From the human T2T-CHM13v2.0 reference genome, Homo sapiens, in NCBI RefSeq assembly GCF_009914755.1, contig NC_060932.1: a stretch of 64,000 nucleotides of DNA, one strand, 5' to 3'. Positions 1 through 12,655 of this stretch are shown here, piece by piece (within the stretch, counting starts at the first letter, position 1; every line of letters begins with the position of its first letter). The notes beneath the pieces are model-generated. The model did not search any database. It was not told the origin of the DNA and saw nothing but the letters and a program-made list of their open reading frames with translations. The position numbers were made by a program, and so were the translations under genes.

Positions 1-480
1 ACTCCTAAGACTGAAGCCAGACAAGTACAGACACTCCCATGCCTTCTAAAGTGAAACCACGGAATAGGAGACAAAGAATCAATAAAGCCAGAGAGAATAC
101 AGACAAGTGTACTTGATTTTCAGGAGAGTTTTCGTAGTCAATACTGATGCCAGATGATGTTGGAATAATGTCTAAGAATTTCTGAGACAATAAAGAGAGT
201 GAATAGAATGCAAAATATTTAATATAAAGGTGAATAGAAGAGTAGACAGGTAGGGGAGGGGAGAGAAAAAGGCTCATACAACACAAAGCACATGGTAGGA
301 TGACTCAGGTATTTTTATAGATAAAATCATTGTTTAATGATAAACGGAATCTGCTCCAAGAAGCTATAAGAACCATCTACTTTATAATAGATTCAAGATA
401 TGCAAAGAAAAAAATGATTACAAGGAGAAACCAACAAATGAAAAATTATGACAGGGGACACCCTTGTCTGAGGACATAGA
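1..480 (+). mobile_element. Very old L1/HAL1 ORF1-like remnant
   Basis: A-rich sequence with weak similarity to the L1 ORF1 3' region (gacaaagaatcaataaagccagagag; caatactgatgccagatgatgttggaataatgtct). Confidence 0.35.
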
Positions 481-1344
481 ACCTCACTGAAGGGAGTGGG
501 TGTAACCCAGGAAAAGCAGAGACGCTCTGAAAGGGAGGTTTCCCTGGCCCCCAGCATTCCCAACAGGGACGCTGTCTACTATCTGCGAAAGGGGGTTCTT
601 GCCAAGTTCACAAAGTTTAATTTTTTGCTTGACTTCAGTCCTTTTTTGGCTTATGTGGCATTTTAGCAAGCACTTACCCAAGCAGCCATGCTTTTATTGG
701 AAATATTTGCAGGACGCTTCTGGTTTCCAGATGAGCGCAGATTCACCTGGGTGATATTCTGTCTACGGGGCAAGGTGTGGAGCAGGAAGCAGCATCTCTG
801 CTGTCCCTTCCCGGGGTCCTCAGAAGCTCCAAGAATCCCTCTCCCCATCAACCTGCTCTTTATGGCCAGCCATAAATAACTATTACCAAAGCATAAGTCA
901 GATCATATTATTTGCTTCCTTAAATCCTGTCAGTTCCTCCTCTGTTGGATAAATTCCACATTCATAATCTTGCCCCTACTGGTCTGTCCAATGCTGTTTA
1001 ACCACATATGAAATATGCACCCTCTGTTCTCAGTCACCACGCACTGACGTACGCCTCCGTGGGTGCACCCGGGACGTTGAAGGCTTTACAATAAAAGCAT
1101 GATACAGTGAGGGGGGAGGGGAGTGTTGAGTGCAGACCCAGTGTGTGTATATGTGTTTGTCTGTGTGTTTTATGAACAAAGAGAAAGCTATCGAGGAATA
1201 CTTTGGAATACATGCCCTCTCCCCATTGTGTGTGCAGCTTCTGCTTGGATAATGAATGGCTTGCTCATTAATGCGTTATCCCAGCAGAAGATGCACACTC
1301 AGTGGGGAGAGGGGATGTGTAATAGTTTGTATTAAAAATAAAAA

Positions 1345-1682
<338 letters not shown>

Positions 1683-2015
1683 GGTCTGGGTGCAGTGGCT
1701 CACGCCTGTAATTCCAGCACTTTGGGAGGCCGAGGCGGTGGATCACTTGAGGTCAGGAGCTTGAGACCAGTCTGACCAACATGGTGAAACCCCATCTCTA
1801 CTGAAAATACAAAAATTAGCCAGGTGTGGCGGCGGGCGCCTGTAACCCCAGCTAATTGGGAGGCTGAGAATCGCTTGAACCCAGGAGGTGGAGGTTGCAG
1901 TGAGCTGAGATTGTGCCACTGCACTCCAGCCTGGGAGACAGAGCAAAATTCCTGCTCAAAATAAAATAAAATAAAATAAAATAAGATAAGATAAGATAAG
2001 ATAAGATAAGATAAA
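1683..2015 (+). mobile_element. AluS SINE with (TAAAA)n(TAAGA)n tail
   Basis: Full Alu dimer directly after the first; gatcacttgaggtcaggag is S-type. Confidence 0.95.
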
Positions 2016-5000
2016 TATTAAATAGGTCTACAAAAAGGCCTCCAGGGTCAGCTCAGACACCATTTCCGTGATGAGACGCCCACGTCCTCCGTGTCGCTGG
2101 CCCCCTCCGTAGCAACTCTGTTGGACTTCCTTTGCCATCCCTTCCCTTTTTCTCCTCTGCAGATGTCTGTTGGGGCAGAATGTTTGTCCCACGCTGAGCT
2201 CAGTGCTGGTTCTATGGGAATTCTGAGCATGGGAACTGGTTTTTCCTCCATCACACACACCCTAGTCCTCTGCATTTCATAGCCCTGTAGTTTTGAATCA
2301 AATACATAAAGCTGGCTTCATGGATGTCTGTTCTTATTACAATATAAGTGCTGCATTTAGAATCAGAGGTGAAGCCACAGCTATTCAATATGATAAGATA
2401 GAGTGAAACGGGGATGAATTGAACATACCATCTGGTGTCTGAGATTGCGACAATTACCCATTTATGCAGAATGATATAAAATTCACAAATAAACCCTAGT
2501 TTGCAAATTTCTTTCTTTTTAAGAAATAATATCCAATATCAGAGGTTCAGGTATTCTGGCATTGAAACAATTTTACCTCCATGATAGTCTCAGGAATACA
2601 TAAATATTTTATATTTTTGGTCACTGGGTAATTTAAACATCAGGCCGTGGGTTTAGTGTGATTGGAGAAAATACTCCCTATTTTCCTGTTGCTAAACATG
2701 CCTAATTGTTGAATTTTGAAGCATATTTGGGAGATGGAAATATATGCAATTGCATGTTGAGGAAAAGAAATATTAGAATTATTCTCAGTAATTCATAATA
2801 AACTCATTTGCAATATTGAAATAATTGGCCAAAGAGAGAAATTTAATGTGGGATAGCGTCTGACAGCTGTCTTCCGCGTTAGAGTGTCGCCATCTCCAAA
2901 GCAGGAACTTTGTTTTAAAATTAGAACATCATTCGTGCCATTTCACAAGAAGCATAAAATGCCCCCAATTTAACATCTTTCCGCTGATCTGCTGAGAGTC
3001 AAGTATCCTTAAGAGAATTCTTATCATCTTCCTTAGCTCCAGGAATACAAAGATGTTGGGTGGTTATTAGATTTCCTGAGAGTTACATGTCTCTGCAGAA
3101 GCCACATTATCTCAACTTACTACTTGTTTCTTTAAAAATTTAAAAACATTTCCCAATTATGCACCTCATGTTGCACACTGGGAAATGTCAGCATTGTTCT
3201 GGGGTCTCACTCTGACTTGGCAGGTGCTAAGACATTTTCAAAGACAAAGAAGCTTTTATTTGACTTAGACCTTCAGGCTAAGTCGGCTTTGTGGCAGAAT
3301 GACATGGCCAGAGCCAACGGCAGTGGAACCCTCAGCTCTATCTGCAGCTGATTCTGCAGGTAGCTCAGCCGTAGTCCTTGGTCTGAGATGAATCTTGGAG
3401 GGAGACCAGAGACAAGGAACAGAATTCCCTGATGAACCAATAGGGCATACAGATGTGAATTCATCAAGTCTAAATATTCTGGGCTCCTAAGCAACTGTAC
3501 ATTGGCTCACCCCTTCATCGGTGGGCCCGTCTGCCACCTCTTCTCCGGGCCATGTTCGTTGCTGCTTCCTTCCCTGCCCTTCTCCTGGATTTTCTTGATT
3601 TTCCTGCCTGCATTTCACAGCAGTAAATGAGTCCCAGGACACCATGCTGGGTGCCGGGAGGAGGAGCCAGAGGGTGTTCCAGCCTGGAGCTCCCAGCCTG
3701 CAGAGGCTCCTGGTACGGGGAGGATGGGACCTGCTGGAAAGACCGCCCCGTGTGGCACGGCGTGGCTCTGTGGCTTCACACAGCAGTTGCGGTGAGCCTA
3801 GGTCAGAGCCATCCACCTTCCTGTAACACTTGCTCCAGGGCTTGTGTTTACACATTTGAGCTGAGTTTTAGATCTTCTTTGTCTGTTTATGTGACTGGGA
3901 GAAGTAAGACCCCCTCAACCCTGAAACCCCGTATTATTGTGGCTGTGAATCCCTAATTGTGCTCTCCTCTCTGATTGGTACATCTAACAATAATGTTACC
4001 CATTACGAAGGAGTGAAATGTCTGCAGCACCCACCTTTGTAAAATGACCTTGGAAGGAAAACACCCCAGAATAGAATGACTGTGCACCCCCCTCCCCCAG
4101 CCAATCTTGTGATCAGATGACCCAGAACTCAAGCTGTGAACCTAGAAATAAGCAAAAAAGGCTGGCGAGGATTTTTAGACACTGACATTGTATTTTTAAA
4201 GCTAGAGAATCACCGTGGTGTAATGGGCGCGCCAGAAGCCCTGGAACCAAAAAGGGAAACTCGCTGAGTGACTCATTTTCTAAAATAAATTGAACTAAAT
4301 CTTCATCTCCTCTTCATGGACCGTGGAGAGGCACATGCAGAATCCTGTGTGTGGAAGAAACTGTGCATCTTGAAACCGGTATTTTCCTGGGCGGGGAGCA
4401 TTTTCATCACAGTCCTTGCCCTTCTCAACATACAGTAGCGGGTGGTCTTTTCCCATTTCCCTTGGGGTCCTGTTGACTGACCATGATGCAAAACTTTCTC
4501 CTGCTGGCCATGGGTTGCTTTGATTTTTAAAAACCAGGTGGGTCTTGTCTCACCAAGATGGGAAGCCGTGTGCAGGATGCTGTGTACAGCCAACAGCATG
4601 GGATTGAGAATATGAGAGCTGTGAACCGTATACACAGAAGGGACTTGGATCAACAGAGGAGCAACGTCTGCAGATGTCCTGGAGCAACAGCTCTGAAAAA
4701 TGTCCAGAAATAGAAGGAAAAGTAGAACCTGTGATGTGGGCAATGGGGAGAATGAATGTGACTTTTGATCGTCACAGCCTCATTGACTTATAGGATGCAG
4801 AAGCATTTGTTTTGCTTTAAAAATCATTTTCAGTATATGTGTCCTCTGTTTCCACTCTTGCCTTACGTCCAAGATTGACTTTCCTCAGGAGAAATGCAGG
4901 CTCTAAGCCCAGCGGACAGAGTCAGGCCAGGAAGCAGGCACCACTGTCTTAACCTCTTTGCCATTAATTCGAAGTGGGGGCTTCTTAAGAACGTAACTTC

Positions 5001-5045
5001 TCTGACCCTGACGTTCTCCCAGTAAAATTTCCTTTGCCTTAAAAT

Positions 5046-5231
5046 TGTGTGTCTCTGTGTGTGTCTCTCTATTTATGTCTCTGTGTGTGTCTCTGTGTGT
5101 GTGTGTGTCTCCCTCTCTCTTTGTGTCTCTCTGTGTGTCTACCTCTCTCTGTGTGTCTCTCTGTGTGTGTCTACCTCTCTCTGTGTGTCTCTGTGTGTGT
5201 GTGTGTCTACCTCTCTGTGTGTGTGTCTACA
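5046..5231. repeat. Compound (TG)n/(TC)n microsatellite
   Basis: tgtgtgtctctgtgtgtgtctctct... with a recurring ctacctctctct unit. Confidence 0.95.
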
Positions 5232-6042
5232 GAGTGAAACCTCTGCTGTCAGGGTCTGATTTTTATTTTCTAGATGTTCTACGTAAATTTGGTTTCCACG
5301 ACTGTATACACCGTTGACCTGCTACTTAGTAAAACTGTTTCTTATTGTTAGACGTGTTGCAAAAAGGTAGATGGGAAGTAATTTTTTAAATTTCAGAATT
5401 GTAATGACGGATGACCCATTTCCTAATATTGCAATTCTCAAATTCTTTCCCCACGTCTTCATGAAATAAGTCATAGTTAATTTTGGCAAACTAACCATTA
5501 CCAAATTAAATGATTAAATAATTAATTAAATCATAAACCCACAAAAAAGAAAACATGTGAAAAGGAGAAAATAACATGAATTGGGAGTCAAGATTAGTGC
5601 CAAACAGGCCTTGGTAAAAATCCAGCTTTCTCCACCCAGCACTGAGAGACCTCCAGCCAGCGGTGTGACTTCATGGCATCTGGACTCCTCAGCCGGTGGG
5701 GTGCGCCCATTTCAATGCGATTCTGAAAATTATGCTCTTTAAGCACAATGCATGGCACACACTGGGGACATAGTGACTTCTGTTTTACTTTTATTCTGGA
5801 GACTTGACTTTATGAACCTCCTTGTGCATTTGTTGATTATTCACTTCATGTGTCTTGCCCCAAGCCCATTTATCAGGCATTATCTGAGTACCGAGGAAAC
5901 ACAGGCACGAACGAGATAGTTGTACATCCGAGAAACATCTGAAAATTCAATCAGTAGTTGCAATAAAGAGTTGTAAATACAGCAATAGTTGTACTCTAAT
6001 GATGATGAATATTGATCTACTGTTTTATAAAAATGGTTCCCA

Positions 6043-6170
6043 CAAGTGGTGAACTCATAGAAACAGGGTAGAGTGGTGTCTGCCAGGGCTCAGGGGGAGG
6101 GGAAATGGGACAATGTTGGTTGAAGGCTACAAACTTGTTGTTTAAGATGAATAAATTCTGGAGATCCAAT
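6043..6170 (+). mobile_element. L1M (L1MA/L1MB) 3' UTR fragment
   Basis: gaactcatagaaacagggtagagtggtgtctgccagggc...ggggaaatggga...tacaaactt...aataaattctggagatc. Confidence 0.75.
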
Positions 6171-6182
6171 TAGAATGATTTC

Positions 6183-6502
6183 TTTTTAATTTTTATTTAT
6201 TTATGAATTTATTTTTTAAGAGACAGACTCTTGTTCTATCACCCAGGCTGGAGTGCAGTGGTGCAACCTCAGCTCACTGCAACCTCCACCGGGTTCAAGT
6301 CATTCTCCTGCCTCAGCTTCCCAACTAGCTGGGACTACAGGTGTGTGCCAACACACCCAGCTAGTTTTTGGATTTTTTTTAGTAGAGATGGGATTTCACT
6401 ACACGTTGGCCAAGTTGGTCTCAAACTCCTGACCTCAGGTGATCCGCCTGCCTCAGGCTCCCAAAATGCTGGAATTACAGGCATGAGCAACCATGCCTAG
6501 CC
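6183..6502 (-). mobile_element. AluS SINE
   Basis: Antisense Alu with a perfect 12 bp TSD, TAGAATGATTTC, at 6171-6182 and 6503-6514. Confidence 0.95.
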
Positions 6503-6769
6503 TAGAATGATTTCATTATTCTCCGTTTTCTCAAATAAAAAATAAGAAAGTTGATGTAATCACATTTTAAAAGCAATTAGGATACCCTCATTTTAGGTAA
6601 AATGTAGGACAAATTGAATTTGAGTTGGTATTTCTGCAGTTAGAGATGGAAACATCAACTCATTTTATGTGAGTGAATGTAGACAATGCATAGCGGGTCC
6701 AGAGTGTGCAAGCATATTGTGGTAGGGGCCAAGGAATTTCCAAAAAGTGAGATTGAGCTGGAAAAGAAA

Positions 6770-6950
6770 GTTTTTATATATATAGATGTTTTATATATTT
6801 AGAAGTTTTGTATATAGAAGTTATGTACGTATCTATATTAAACATTTTATATATAGAAAACATATATATTACATATAAACGTTTTATATAGAATATATAT
6901 TCACATCTGTGTTCCATATAAATATATCTATATATCATACAAATTCTGTA
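6770..6950. repeat. AT-rich (TA)n low-complexity tract
   Basis: Interrupted tatata runs. Confidence 0.8.
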
Positions 6951-7169
6951 ACATTTTAAACTTTGTTTTATGATCATGCCAAAGCAATGCAAATGATTTC
7001 AGCTGTGGAAGGGAATAATCAAGTGTGAAGCGCTGGACATGGGAGATTCGTTTGACAACTGGTGTGCAGGACCCTATGGGAAGGCCAGGCCTGAGGAGTG
7101 TGGTGTCAAGGTTTCAGGGTCTGTAGGACTCGGACCACGGGTGACTCTTCCCATCATGCAACAGACGGC

Positions 7170-7325
7170 TCTCTAGAGCTGTCAAAGAAGGTCCATGAGC
7201 TGCCGGCCTGCAAGTCCCTGTCACTGTTGTAAACATCTGTAGAGGCTTTGGGGGCAGAAGGGTGTGTAGTTTTCATCAGATTTTCATGGAGATTCATGAC
7301 CACGTAAAAGGTGAAAAGAGGAGCT
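7170..7325. mobile_element. hAT-Charlie-type DNA transposon (MER) remnant
   Basis: tagttttcatcagattttcatggagattcatgaccacgtaaaaggtgaa resembles the Charlie/MER terminus (tagctttcatcagattctcaaaggggtccatgacccaaaaaaggttaagaacc). Confidence 0.45.
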
Positions 7326-8724
7326 TCTGTGCCGTGGGTTATGGAACCTGGGAAGGAATGTTCGGAGTGTGCTGACATTCCAAAGCCATCTGGGTCCACC
7401 TCTGCCTTGAATATCTCCAACAAAGTCCATTTGACCACTGGGGTTGATCCTGGCCCGGCTCCTGAATTTTTACCTCAGGCCCATTCTTATGATAAAAATG
7501 AGTAAATAGTAGCTGTGGATAGCTATGCAGAGCTGTCTCTGGAAGGTGTTTGTCTGAGTGGACCTGGCCGGGTTAGTCTACAGGGGGGCCCTCCCTCCAG
7601 CCACAAACACACATGCACCCTAATATCCAGTACTTGGGTGTGGAAAGAGGTGGGAGCAGTAGGAAGTCCGGGAGCCACGTGGGCTGCTCTGAGAGAGCCC
7701 TGCTGGGGACTTGAGTCCCTGTTGCCAGCTGAGCATTTGCTTGGGAGCATCAGGCACAGCTCACATCCCTAAATCACCCCAGGTCACACAGCTGGCTTAT
7801 GGAGTGGAGACCCAGGGGGTCAATGTGCCTTTATGCCCCACCTTAACTTGACGAGTTTTATGCTCAAGATGGATGACCAGGAGTCTCGAGCTGCGGCAGT
7901 TCACGTGCTCAAGTGTGGATGGCCGGCAGGAACGTCCTGCTCTGCTGCTTCAGACGTGCCGTGACGGCTTTATCATGTGCAGAGGCAGCTCCATCCTTCC
8001 CAGTAGCCCCTGGCTCTGCACAAGCCCTTGGAGTTTACTGCAGGCATATTTGGCCTGAATTTGAATTTAATCCAAATTCTCCAGCCCATGTGGTACCTCT
8101 GCTCAAAGGTGCTTCTAATGAATCAGGATATCTGCTGCATGTTAAATTAAGATAAACTTGTTGTAGAATTCCCAGGGAGCTAAGTGGGATTCTGTTCAAA
8201 GAGCAAAAGGCTAGAATGACATTGGTGTAGAATTCCAAATGGGAGACTTTAAATGAAATTTATGGACTTTAATATCTTCATATATAGCCGGGAATCTGCT
8301 CTGACTCTGGACAATAAGGTGTGTGCTCACTAATGCTCTTTCTGATTTTGAAATCAGTTCCAAACCTGAGTCATTCAGTAACCATTTTTCATATATGAAA
8401 GTCTTGTCAATTTAAATAAAAGCTTTGAGATAAAATCATTAGAATTCTAACAGCGTGACGGCTCTGTTCAGCATATCGGAATTTGCAAGAGTCAGATTTT
8501 TTTACATTTATAGAAAATTTTAAAATTATATCTTAAATTTTTAACTTAATATTTTAATTTTAAAATAAATTATGTATTTATATTTCAAATAAATCTTAAA
8601 CTTATTTAACAAATAAAATTATTTAAAATTGTGAACTCTTCCCCACCCACCATAAGTGTACTGGAATGACACACGCATGACACAACCACACTTGTGCCCC
8701 CACACAGACTCTCATGTGAACGTG

Positions 8725-8978
8725 AAAATAAGCCAGCACGTATAAGAAAATAAACCATAAAATAAGCCAACATGTATAAGAATATAAACCATAAAATGAG
8801 TGACTTTGGATTTGTTTTAGAACATAAACCGTAAAATGAGTGACTTTGGATTTGTTTTAGAACATAAACCATAAAATGAGTGACTTTGGATTTGTTTTAG
8901 AACATAAACCATAAAATGAGTGACTTTGGATTTGTTTTAGAACATAAACCATAAAATGAGTGACTTTGGATTTGTTTT
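8725..8978. repeat. Composite minisatellite: 2 x 34 bp then 5 x 40 bp
   Basis: 40 bp unit aacataaaccataaaatgagtgactttggatttgttttag starts at 8781, 8821, 8861, 8901 and 8941, preceded by two copies of aaaataagccagcacgtataagaaaataaaccat. Confidence 0.95.
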
Positions 8979-9972
8979 CTGAGATAGTTGTTTTCATTTA
9001 TCTTTTTTTTTTTTTTTTTTTTTGCCGTAATTGTGGTCAAGCTGAACTAAAGCTAAGAATTACATACCAAACATTCAGGCTGGATGTTTGGTATATAATT
9101 CCAAACAAAAGGAGGCAAGAAACCCTCTTTCTCTTAACTCATCAACTTAAAATGCTCTGTGGCTTTAATTCCTTCGGTAGCAATTACTTTATGAATATTC
9201 CTTGTAGACCTCTCCTAATCCAGTGCTAGGAATTGCGGCAGCCATGAGTGAGTGTTCACTGCCTGCTGCTGTGTCCGCAGTCCCAGCTGTCTGATTCACT
9301 TCCCTGTTTATTGCTTGCTCTACCGCAGACAGACAGACAGACAGAGCCCACATTGGTGAAGGCTCCAGCCCAGGCAGAGAGGATCCCTGAGGACCTGCAA
9401 TTTAATTTCGAGCACTGGCTCAATGTCATGGTCCCAGTGCCTCCCTGAGTTACACAGAGCAACTCTGGAGTTATTATGTATAAAACCTGATCCCAATGTT
9501 AAGGGGAGGGAAAAATCATTCCTTTACGGTCACATGGTCCAGATCCCTCAGTCTACAATTAAGTAACTGGGGGCTCAGTGAGGCATCGTAGCTTACTAGA
9601 TGCCCACAGAGCAGATAGAACCAGGTACACTCTCTAGCTCGAGCAGGGAATTTGGAATGGAAAAAAAAAAAAACACAATAGATTTGCACCCCAGATGCTG
9701 AAGGAGTGCTCACATACATCACATTTACCATTAAGGCCTTGGACACTGGTCCTGGGGCCATCCGGAGATGACTTCATTCTCCAGTCAGACATCAGCGTCA
9801 ATCCCAGATGCAGGTGGAACTCAGAACAGCATCATTTTCATGCAAACTGAATTTCTTTTCATTCCCAGATCTTCACAAAGACAAAAAGATAATGCAAAAC
9901 CTCTATTTGTAAGAAGTTTATAGGAAAAGGGTCCAAGTAGTTCTCACTCTAGGGCTTCTGGAACTTTGTCCC

Positions 9973-10020
9973 TGTATGAGTCATGGTTCTCTAGAGGGAC
10001 AGAGCTAATAGGACATATAT
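9973..10020 (-). mobile_element. MLT2 (ERVL) LTR terminal fragment
   Basis: tgtatgagtcatggttctctagagggacagagctaatagga matches the MLT2A end (tgtattagtcagggttctctagagggacagaactaatagga). Confidence 0.75.
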
Positions 10021-10490
10021 ATATATATAAAATATATGTAATATATATAAATAAATATATAAAAATATATATTATATATAAAAATATATAATATATAAAT
10101 AAATATATAAGATATATAATATATAAAAATAAATATATAATATATAAATATATATAATATATAAATATATATAATATATAAATATATATAATATATAAAT
10201 AAATATATAATATATAAATATATATAATATATAAATAAATATATAATATATAAATATATATAATATATAAATAAATATATATAGTATATAAATATATATA
10301 ATATATAAATAAATATATAATATATATAAATATAATATATAAATAAATGTAATATATAAATAGATATAGAATATATAAATAAATATATAACGTATAAAAA
10401 TATATAATATATAAAAATAAATATATAATATATAAATAAATGTGTATATAATATATAAATATATATATAATATATATAAATGTATATAAA
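10015..10490. repeat. AT-rich (TA)n-derived array with a 36 bp (19+17) internal period
   Basis: Almost pure A/T; aaataaatatataatatat alternates with aaatatatataatatat. Confidence 0.95.
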
Positions 10491-11319
10491 CTCACTGTCA
10501 TCCTGCCACGGAGAGACTCAGGCATTGCTCAAGGAGTTGCTCTCTCTCAACTCCAATCAACACTCCCCCCCCGACCCTAGCTCTCAATGTTATATTTCTT
10601 TCATAACAACCTAAAAAATCATGATAGCTGCTTTTTTACCCAAACACTATGAAAAGTGATACTTCAACATTAGTGTCTTGGACTGACACATGAATTCACT
10701 TGGAATGTAGATTCGCGTCGGGCACTATCAGATGGAACCGTTTTGGATCTTGGCCGCACGTTGGGAAACCCACCCGGCTTTGCTGAGTGGCAGCCGGGGA
10801 GGGAAGGGTGAGGGGGGACGGGAGGGCTGCTGAGGCGGCATCTTCACTTTGCTTGCATGTGTATCTTCACATGTTCGGCCTTTACTTTACCCTGAAGGTG
10901 TTTCTCTTGCTATAGTTTTCACATTAAGTGCGGTTTGAGTACACGATGACCAGGAAGCCCAAAGGTGGTGCGTCTTGTGTCGGTGCTTTGACTTCCCAGC
11001 ACACGTCCCCAGACTCCTCTAGAAAGTCTGCTTGGATGAGTAGAACAAGACACTCTTGTTCACATTTTATTGGCCAAATGTCTTGGTTTTCTTTAAATGT
11101 AGTGCTTATTTAAAACGTAAAGTTGTTTTCATTGTTTAATTGATATTTTATACTGGCAAAAAGAACTTCAGTATCTTGGATGGGAAGACATTATCATTTT
11201 CTCACTAAAATTAATAAAATTAAGTTTTCATGTTGTGGCAGAGTTTTCAGGAATGTCATGAGCAAGGAATAGGTGTTTGTTTTATGGAATCATATAACAT
11301 CACATATGTTCCTAAATAT

Positions 11320-11510
11320 CATTTTTAGTGGTTGCATATTATTCCATTTTGTGGGTCCACTGTGATTTACTGAATTGGTCCCCTTTTCATGGAAATTTAA
11401 GCTGTTTCTAATCATTTTTCTGATACAAGTTGTACCTTCTGGAATATTATGTCCATAGCTTTATCTGCATGCTCATTCATGATTATTTCCTTAGGGCAGA
11501 ATCTAGAAAT
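11320..11510 (-). mobile_element. Old L1M (L1ME-like) fragment
   Basis: ttttagtggttgcatattattccatt...atggaaatttaagctgtttcta...attatttccttagggcagaatctagaaat. Confidence 0.6.
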
Positions 11511-11904
11511 CTCAGAAATATAGTGTTTCATTCAAAGTGTGGCTATTTTACTAATGAATTTTTGGAACCCAGGAGTGACTTATAACATGTGCTTCTTCCC
11601 CATTCTGAAGTGGCAGACGTATATCTGTGCCTATGTAGCCCCCCCAGTTATTTGGTAACTGTATTTTTTTGTTGTTGCTATTTCAAATTAATCTAGGCAG
11701 CCTGTTTTTGGTAGGCTCTAGACTAAGCACTAAGGATGCAGAAATTAAGAGAGCACGGAGAAATACATAGAGCAAGAAGCATATAAAACAAACATCTGAC
11801 CTGTGATAGATGTGTGGGGTCAAATGGGAGTGGCCAATTTTACCAGGAGTCAGGAGAATTAGAAAACAAAATGATTATGAAACAGATGATTCTTGAGCTG
11901 TCTT

Positions 11905-12020
11905 GGTATCCAAGTATTAGCCCAGCAGATGAGTATCCCAGTATCAGCCAGGTAGGTCAGCATCGGAGTATCGAAGTATCAGCCAGGCAGGTCAGTATCT
12001 GAGTATCCAAGTGTTATCCG
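11905..12020. repeat. Short degenerate tandem repeat
   Basis: Three to four diverged copies of a gagtatc(c/g)aagtatcagccagg(c/t)aggtca-like unit. Confidence 0.6.
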
Positions 12021-12509
12021 AAATGAGTGGTGGGGTGGGCTTCCAGGCTGGCAGCAGCTGCACCGAGGTCGGGGCAGGAATCAGCATACCCACGTCAGGG
12101 AGCACCCCCACCCTTGGCAGGGCCGGCTTGCTCTGAAACCTCACCTTTCTCCGCACGTTTCTCTAAGGGGTCCAACTCCCCACTATTTGCTGGGGCAGTG
12201 ACTGCACAAGGACAGTTAGGCAGATGTGTCATGTCCGTGACAATGCTGACAGCGGAAACGTTATCTTGAATCTCTGGTAATTTAACATGATTCTAGATTG
12301 GGTATTGGTAGGGAGTTGGTAGGGATGGGGCTCATCAAACATCTTAAAAAACAAGTTATTATTTTTAGTCATCATTGTCAGTAACAGCTTCTCAGTAGTC
12401 TCTTGCAATTTCAACATTCAGGAGACATGCCTTTCTTTTCTCATTTATTCAGATGATACCTCACGCCAGGTCAGGTGAGGGAGTGGCATCCGTGCTCACG
12501 GAAGTCAGC

Positions 12510-12655
12510 AGAGCTGTGTTCCAGCTCTTTCTCCTCCACCAAAGAGCTGTATGCGTCGGACAAGCCACTCACTCCCTTGGACTCTCAATTATTTTATCTA
12601 TAAAAGTGGAAAAGAAGATCTATATTCTTTCTAAGATCTCTTCCAGTTGTAAGAA
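12510..12655 (+). mobile_element. MIR (MIR3-like) SINE remnant
   Basis: gctgtatgcgtcggacaagccactcactcccttggactctcaatt...atctataaaa...tctaagatctcttccagtt. Confidence 0.55.

Noticed and set aside
9944-10525. 193 aa Tyr/Ile-rich ORF
   Set aside because: Translation of the AT array.
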